Source: Acetomicrobium hydrogeniformans
GTDB taxonomy: Bacteria; Synergistota; Synergistia; Synergistales; JAFGMB01
Direction of reading: 5' to 3'
DNA: 64,000 nucleotides
NCBI GenBank assembly: GCA_016841745.1
Contig: JAENYO010000002.1
Coordinates: forward strand, 422,729-486,728
Position 1 is the first letter of the stretch; the number at the start of each line of letters is the position of its first letter. Made by a program: the position numbers and the translations under genes. The notes under the pieces were generated by a model. That model was not told where the DNA came from and did no database searches. It saw only the letters and a list, made by a program, of their open reading frames with translations. Below are positions 58,260 through 64,000 of the stretch, in pieces.

Positions 58260-59996
58260 ATGGAAAAAGTGTACTCTAACAGAGAAGTATCCATCATCTT
58301 TGAAAAGATCGCTACCCTTCTTGAGATAAAGGGAGAGAACAGGTTCAAGATCATTGCCTATCGAAGGGCAGCGGAGAACATATCTTCACTTGGTAAGGAT
58401 CTTAAATCTATTACTGAAGATGGAACTCTCAGGGACATTCCGGGAATTGGTAAAGCTATAGGGGATAAGATCTATGAATTGATCAGTACAGGAAAACTCG
58501 AATTTTATGAAAAACTGATATCCGAGGTTCCCGAGTCTCTTCTGGTACTCGCTGAGATCCCGGAACTAGGTCCCCAAAGAGTAAGGATGTTATGGAAAAA
58601 ACTTGGTATATCGGATCTGGATGTACTTGAAGAAGCGGCCAGAAATAAAAATCTCCAGAAACTTGATGGTTTTGGCCCAAAGATCGAGTCAAATATTCTT
58701 TCAGGTATTCAGAAAGTCAGGAAACATCCCTTTCAGGGGAGAATTTCTCTTGGCAGGGCATGGAATACCGCTTCAGTCATAATCGAAAAAATGAAAGATA
58801 AACCCTGGTTGGATAAGATATCACCTGCAGGTTCCATTAGAAGAATGAAGGATACCATAGGAGATATTGATATCCTTGTGGCATCCAGAGATGCTGAAAG
58901 GGTGATGGAATTTTTTGTCGGCATGGAAGAAGTTCATGAGGTTATCCTGAGAGGAAAAACAAAAACGAGCATAAGGATCGGGTCTCATCTTCAGGTAGAT
59001 CTGAGAGTCATAGCCCCCGAATCGTGGGGAACGGCGTTACAGTATTTTACAGGAAACCAGGAACATAATGTCCAGATTAGAGAATTTGCCCTGGACAGAG
59101 GTTACAGCCTCAGTGAATATTGTCTGAGGGCCACTTCTGAAGATAAGGAAATCTTTTTCGAAAATGAAAGGAGTCTGTATGAATTTCTTGGATTGTCCTA
59201 TATTCCGCCTGAACTCAGACAGGGCAAAGGGGAGATAAATCTAGCCCGAAATGGAGAGCTTCCTGAACTTCTTGAGCTCAATGACATCAGGGGAGATCTT
59301 CAGTTTCATACTAACTGGAGTGATGGCAAGGCTTCTCTGGAAGAGATGGCCAAAGCGGCCATGCAGAGAGGTCTTGAGTATATTCTAGTCACAGATCATT
59401 CCCATGGATTGGGAATAACTGGAGGAGTTACACCTGATGATCTAGTGGAACAGGGCAGGGAAATAGACCTTTTGAATGAGAAATATGAGGGTAAAATGAG
59501 GGTTCTCAAGGGAGTAGAGGTTGAAGTAAAGGCCGATGGAAGTCTTGATCTGAAAGATCAGGTCCTTGGATCCCTTGATCTGGTTGTGGCTGCGGTCCAT
59601 TCCTCCCTTCGTCAGGAAAGGGAGAGGATAACAGAAAGATATATAAGAGCAATCGAAAATCCTTATGTCCACATTCTTGCTCATCCCACTGGAAGACTTA
59701 TCGGAGAGCGGGACGGCGCAGATGCTGATTGGGACAGGATCTTTAAGGCGGCAGCTTCGACAGGTACCCTTCTTGAGATAAATGCTACTCCCCAAAGACT
59801 TGATCTTCCTGATAATCTTGTCAGAAGAGCCAGAGAACTGGAATGCAGATTTGTTGTAAGTACGGATGCTCATGTTATGGAACATTTCGATTTTCTGTTC
59901 TTTGGAGTTGGTGTTGCAAGGAGAGCGGGGCTCACTGCTGCAGACATACTTAACACATGGCCCTGGGAAAAATTGATTAACTGGAAGAAAGGCTAA
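58260..59996 (+). CDS. polX: DNA polymerase X / PHP exonuclease
   Basis: HhH IPGIGK, AGSIRR, GDIDIL, VDLR, YFTG; PHP H..WSDG, TDHS, AHP.GR, STDAH. Confidence 0.95.
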   Translation: MEKVYSNREVSIIFEKIATLLEIKGENRFKIIAYRRAAENISSLGKDLKSITEDGTLRDIPGIGKAIGDKIYELISTGKLEFYEKLISEVPESLLVLAEIPELGPQRVRMLWKKLGISDLDVLEEAARNKNLQKLDGFGPKIESNILSGIQKVRKHPFQGRISLGRAWNTASVIIEKMKDKPWLDKISPAGSIRRMKDTIGDIDILVASRDAERVMEFFVGMEEVHEVILRGKTKTSIRIGSHLQVDLRVIAPESWGTALQYFTGNQEHNVQIREFALDRGYSLSEYCLRATSEDKEIFFENERSLYEFLGLSYIPPELRQGKGEINLARNGELPELLELNDIRGDLQFHTNWSDGKASLEEMAKAAMQRGLEYILVTDHSHGLGITGGVTPDDLVEQGREIDLLNEKYEGKMRVLKGVEVEVKADGSLDLKDQVLGSLDLVVAAVHSSLRQERERITERYIRAIENPYVHILAHPTGRLIGERDGADADWDRIFKAAASTGTLLEINATPQRLDLPDNLVRRARELECRFVVSTDAHVMEHFDFLFFGVGVARRAGLTAADILNTWPWEKLINWKKG

Positions 59997-60127
59997 TCAA
60001 TTTTAGATATACCCCTAATAGGTATTTATACTTAATCATAATATAGTGTTTTTTACGATGTCATTTCCTCCTTTTCTTCGTAAACTATCGTTGCAAGATA
60101 AAGATATAACCCCAGGAGGAATAAGAA

Positions 60128-60715
60128 ATGAACTTTAAAAAAATTACAATTTTTGCGCTTACAGGTATTCTTATGGCTTCAGTTCCGGCTTTTGCCCACC
60201 AGGAATATGAAACAGGCAATTCCCGAAGATCCGGGTCAGTACAGCAGGGAACTGTTTGTGCATCTCAGAGTAAAGCAGAAGCATCAGGTTACAGTAATAT
60301 GAACAAAAACAGGTTGGACCATGAAAATGATGGAAAAAGGAACGGGAAAGAAAATGAAAGAGGTACGGATTTTCAGAATTACGGGAAAGCTGAAAGGCTC
60401 AGAAAAAATATGAAATCCACCGGACAAAATCTTTACGAAAACAAAGAATCTTATGGTTTAAGGGAAAATTTTAAAAATCAGGCTAACGTTGGAAGAGGAA
60501 AGAACAGGATGGAGAGCGAAAATGGGAATTCGAGTCATGATATCGCTGAAAAGAGCCATGTCGGACATTACGGGCAGAAGGGTGAAAATTCCAATAAGGG
60601 AATGAACTCTAAAAACGGAGAAGGTCGGAGAATGAAGGATGGTAATAGAGAAGCCCTAAGAGATGGTTCCGGTACGGGTGAAGGTAATAAGGATGGATTC
60701 CATCGCAACAGATAG
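60128..60715 (+). CDS. Secreted low-complexity (G/N/K/E/R-rich) hypothetical protein
   Basis: aggagg RBS, signal peptide ending AFA, hydrophilic body ending RDGSGTGEG, own terminator. Confidence 0.75.
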   Translation: MNFKKITIFALTGILMASVPAFAHQEYETGNSRRSGSVQQGTVCASQSKAEASGYSNMNKNRLDHENDGKRNGKENERGTDFQNYGKAERLRKNMKSTGQNLYENKESYGLRENFKNQANVGRGKNRMESENGNSSHDIAEKSHVGHYGQKGENSNKGMNSKNGEGRRMKDGNREALRDGSGTGEGNKDGFHRNR

Positions 60716-60758
60716 TAGAAAATCTTCTGAAAAAAAGATTAATGCTAAGAGATAGGTC

Positions 60759-60792
60759 AAGGGTTCCAGTCAAAAGGCTGGAACCCTTTTTT
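60759..60792 (+). terminator. Rho-independent terminator
   Basis: aagggttccagtc...ggctggaacccttttttt. Confidence 0.8.
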
Positions 60793-61035
60793 ATGGTCAG
60801 GTAAAAGGGTTTTTTGAAGCTTGAATGGTTTCATTTTCTGTCTTGCTGGTAACCAGGTTCCTGGTTCTTATAGTGGAGAGCTTTAATTCAGATATAGATA
60901 CCATTGCAGACCTGGTTACGGGAGAAAAATCGAGCTGACAAAATATGCAAAGTATAAAGGCAGTGCAGCCGTATTTCTGAGCCTTGTAGTGGTCGTAATA
61001 ACATGGGCCATGGTTGGCTTCGAAACTCTTTTTGA

Positions 61036-61236
61036 TCACTCTTCAAGGGATATCAGGGTTTTCTTTTTACCTTCCTTAAATTTCAGTTTCCCCTCTTGAG
61101 CCAGCATATTCCTGCATAAATCAGTTTGTTAGGTCGGTCAGGTTTTCTACTTATCCTGTTTACAGTGATCCCTTCTTTTAGATTTGAGAATATTATATTT
61201 GAATCTTATCGCTGAATTGATGACCTGATGTAACAA
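61036..61236 (-). pseudogene. Frameshifted DUF2582-like winged-helix remnant
   Basis: Pieces across frames: ...ILKSK / EGITVNRISRK..NKLIYAGICWL / EGKLKFKEGKKKTLISLEE*, resembling the GWLAREGKL motif. Confidence 0.45.
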
Positions 61237-61423
61237 TTATTAAAACTGTGTCAGAAAACATAACCTAAAACATTTATCTCCTTGGTGGCAGTCATTTTTC
61301 GGGGTATTTCAGATAATTGAAAAGAAAAACTTTGTCTTATTAGTGATTCAAAGTTAAAATATAGCTATGCGGTATCGTGGTGTAAATTGACATATCAAAT
61401 ATCATGTTTATGTATTTAGCAGG

Positions 61424-62824
61424 GTGAGAAGAATGGAACTCATAGAAGTCCTTTACCGTATATCATTATCCATAGGAAACGGCACCAGCTTGGAGGAAAT
61501 GCTTCAGGAAGCACTCTGTTCATACTATGAAAATCTGGCACTTGAGGCAGTGATTGTATTTTCTCTGGATGATCCCGAAAATAAGGATCATTTTCGACCC
61601 ACGGGGAGCTTCCCGGCTGGCTCAGCTCTTCCTTCGGCCATGACTGAAGTTATTCGCATTCTGGGTTTTTCAGATAGTACTCCTTGCCCGGAGGAGTACA
61701 TGAAGAATCTTCCCATAAAAGGTACGGTGGAAGGTACAATTCATTATGCAGTGCAGGAATTAAAGGATTATGGCTTGATCATTATGACCAGGTCCGGATC
61801 ACCTTTCCCCCTCTCTCTGCTGGCTGGCCTTACCCCCTTGAATTCCAGACTTGCCTCTGCCTGTCTATCCTGTCTGGGCAATGAGATTCTGGAGAGGGAG
61901 ATAAAATTCAGAAAGGCTGCAGAGGAGGCCCTTCTCAGAAGTGAGAAAAGGCTGGACCTTGCCCTTCAGGTTACAGATGATGGTTTATGGGACTGGAACC
62001 TGGAAGAAGATGTCGTATATTTCAGTCCTACATATTACACGATGTTGGGATACGAACCTTATGAATTCCTTCCAAGTTTTGAGAAGTGGAAAGAACTTGT
62101 CCATCCGGAAGATGTCGATTATGCCTTGAAAAAAGTGATGAGTTGCATGGAAAACAGAGGAGAAGGATTCGAAATGGAATTCCGCCTCGCTTCGAGGAGT
62201 GGGGAATGGATATGGATCCTTGGACGGGGAAAGGTTGTCGAAAGGGATAAAGAAGGAAATCCCAGAAGAATGGTAGGAACCCACGTAAATATCACAAGCA
62301 GAAAGGAAACGGAAGAGAAAATGGAAAGGCTGAACAGGGAGCTGTACATATCCGCCTCTACAGACAGAATAACAGGACTCTTGAACAGACAGCGATTCGA
62401 TGACATTCTGGCTCAGGAAATGGAAAGGGCTTCGAGGTATGAAAACCCACTGTCCATTCTCATGTTCGATCTGGACAATTTTAAACTTATCAATGACACA
62501 TTCGGTCACCAGAAGGGTGATTCAATACTTCAGGATATTGCCGGTATCATCCGGGAAAATATCCGCAGTACCGATTTTGCAGCAAGATGGGGTGGAGATG
62601 AGTTTGTTGTTCTGGCGCTTGCAGACCTGAATAATGCCTTTCAATTGGGAGAAAAACTGAGAAAGGGAATATCCCTGGTGAACCTTCCCGGTCTGGGAGA
62701 TCTTACCATAAGCATGGGAATTGCAGAATTTATCCAGACGGACACTCTCCATTCCCTTGTAAAACGGGTTGATGATGCCCTCTACAGGGCCAAACAGAAT
62801 GGCAAAAACAGGGTAGAAACCTGA
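61424..62824 (+). CDS. Diguanylate cyclase, sensor-PAS-GGDEF
   Basis: GLWDWN, VHPED, RWGGDEF, RSTD I-site. Confidence 0.9.
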   Translation: MRRMELIEVLYRISLSIGNGTSLEEMLQEALCSYYENLALEAVIVFSLDDPENKDHFRPTGSFPAGSALPSAMTEVIRILGFSDSTPCPEEYMKNLPIKGTVEGTIHYAVQELKDYGLIIMTRSGSPFPLSLLAGLTPLNSRLASACLSCLGNEILEREIKFRKAAEEALLRSEKRLDLALQVTDDGLWDWNLEEDVVYFSPTYYTMLGYEPYEFLPSFEKWKELVHPEDVDYALKKVMSCMENRGEGFEMEFRLASRSGEWIWILGRGKVVERDKEGNPRRMVGTHVNITSRKETEEKMERLNRELYISASTDRITGLLNRQRFDDILAQEMERASRYENPLSILMFDLDNFKLINDTFGHQKGDSILQDIAGIIRENIRSTDFAARWGGDEFVVLALADLNNAFQLGEKLRKGISLVNLPGLGDLTISMGIAEFIQTDTLHSLVKRVDDALYRAKQNGKNRVET

Positions 62825-62862
62825 GAATATCCCTGCTGATTTATATGGTATATCTTTAATTG

Positions 62863-63615
62863 TTATCTAATTATGCTGTATTCTACAGTAACCACCGCTT
62901 TAATGCTTTTATCGATAGTGCTTGTGTCATACATTCCATAGTCCTGCACTTCTGTGGAGAAGAGTGGCGTTATCTGAAATACTCCCTGACTCGCAGAAGC
63001 AAGTTCACCAACGCGACTCCCACTGTTTTCAGCAAGTTGTTTTGCTCTCGCGAAAGCATCGCGGGTTGCATCACCCAGGAGTTCTATTTTCATTTCATCT
63101 ATCCCTGTAAAATAATATTGAGGAGGAAATGATATGAATTCTATCCCATCCTGAATAAGGGATGTGGATTTCCTGGATATCCTGGAGATCAGATCTACAT
63201 CGGAGGATCTGATCTCTACTCTTTGTTCAAGATCGTATCTTTCAATTACGTTAGTGAATATTCCCTGGTCATTTCTCTTGTAACGTACCATTGTATTTAT
63301 TGAAGAAATGTCGATCCTGTTTCCCTCAACCCCTAATTCAGCCAGGTAGCTCCTTATTTTCTCCAGATCTGCCTGCAGTTTTATATATGCCGATTCAAGG
63401 TTAGTGCTCCTCGATACAAAACTTCCATTCCAGACGGCCATGTCAGATCTGATCGTTTTTTCTGCGTATCCCTTTACTCTTACTGTCTGATGGGACATTT
63501 TTATTCTTTCCACAGTTCTGGACATAATAAAAGTGGAAAGAATAATGGCAAATGCAAGGAAGAGGCCGAGGAAAAATAATCCACCTGTCAGATCTGAAGT
63601 ATTTCTCTTTATCAT
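62863..63615 (-). CDS. SIMPL (DUF541) domain protein
   Basis: N-terminal TM, V.VKG.AE...SD...W, AT.DA..RA, ASQGVFQI. Confidence 0.85.
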   Translation of the reverse strand: MIKRNTSDLTGGLFFLGLFLAFAIILSTFIMSRTVERIKMSHQTVRVKGYAEKTIRSDMAVWNGSFVSRSTNLESAYIKLQADLEKIRSYLAELGVEGNRIDISSINTMVRYKRNDQGIFTNVIERYDLEQRVEIRSSDVDLISRISRKSTSLIQDGIEFISFPPQYYFTGIDEMKIELLGDATRDAFARAKQLAENSGSRVGELASASQGVFQITPLFSTEVQDYGMYDTSTIDKSIKAVVTVEYSIIR

Positions 63616-63799
63616 TTATCAGTCATCCCCCGGGGAAAAAATATTTTTTTCAAATATGCTCATATTATTTTACTCCTTCTTCCTCGAAGAGGAAAACTTG
63701 CCAGAATTTTACATTATTTGAATAGTCAGGATATCCCTGTTATCATGAAAGCTGATATATTAGCTTTATATCAAGAGTATATCTAAGGGGATATGGGCA

Positions 63800-64000
63800 A
63801 TGGAACCGCATCTGGACGAAATCTACCTAGCCATAAGAAAGCGTATAGTCGATCTGGTTTATAAACCGGGAGAGGTGCTGAGTGAAAAGTCCCTTATCGG
63901 AGAATTCAGTACGAGCAGGACCCCTGTCAGGGAAGCCCTTCTAAGATTGGAACAGGACAGGCTTGTCAATATCATTCCCAGGGTAGGAACATACGTAAGC
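63800..64000 (+). CDS. GntR-family regulator, N-terminal part (runs off window)
   Basis: MEPHLDEIYLAIRKRIVDLVYKPGEVLSEKSL...SRTPVREAL.RL...PRVGTYVS. Confidence 0.88.
   Translation, partial: MEPHLDEIYLAIRKRIVDLVYKPGEVLSEKSLIGEFSTSRTPVREALLRLEQDRLVNIIPRVGTYVS

Noticed and set aside
60797-61039. 80-aa minus-strand ORF
   Set aside because: No RBS or motif; lies in decayed sequence beside the winged-helix remnant.
1-64000. CRISPR arrays, tRNA, rRNA, integrase or prophage genes
   Set aside because: None recognised by eye; tRNAscan-SE, Infernal and a CRISPR finder would be needed to exclude them formally.

Overview
Bacterial chromosomal window from an anaerobic, selenocysteine-using amino-acid fermenter. 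A Synergistota-like origin is an inference from gene content only. Positions 0.6-24.8 kb hold an unusual catabolic island: two paralogous TRAP transporters, three FadR/GntR regulators, two M20D amidohydrolases, two ornithine-cyclodeaminase/mu-crystallin-family imine reductases, a fused L-serine dehydratase, and a glycine/sarcosine-reductase-family protein B operon. That operon has a grdE-like gene, a grdB-like selenoprotein gene with in-frame UGA and a variant UxxGxxC motif, and grdX, followed directly by an opine dehydrogenase. The opine dehydrogenase gene is present twice, apparently nucleotide-identical, as direct repeats 15,107 bp apart. Together these suggest an undescribed Stickland-type pathway for opines or N-carboxymethyl amino acids. 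The rest of the window contains a yybP-ykoY riboswitch with mntP, a ynjBCDF-like ABC/CDP-alcohol transferase cluster, a Moco/Wco riboswitch with tupABC, an Rrf2-hcp operon, two diguanylate cyclases, and a nonsense-interrupted suhB. It also contains an unannotated 45-aa CxxU selenoprotein candidate with a SECIS-like hairpin, and a truncated RuvC-only TnpB-like gene between a Ski2-like helicase and polX. No rRNA, tRNA or CRISPR array was seen.
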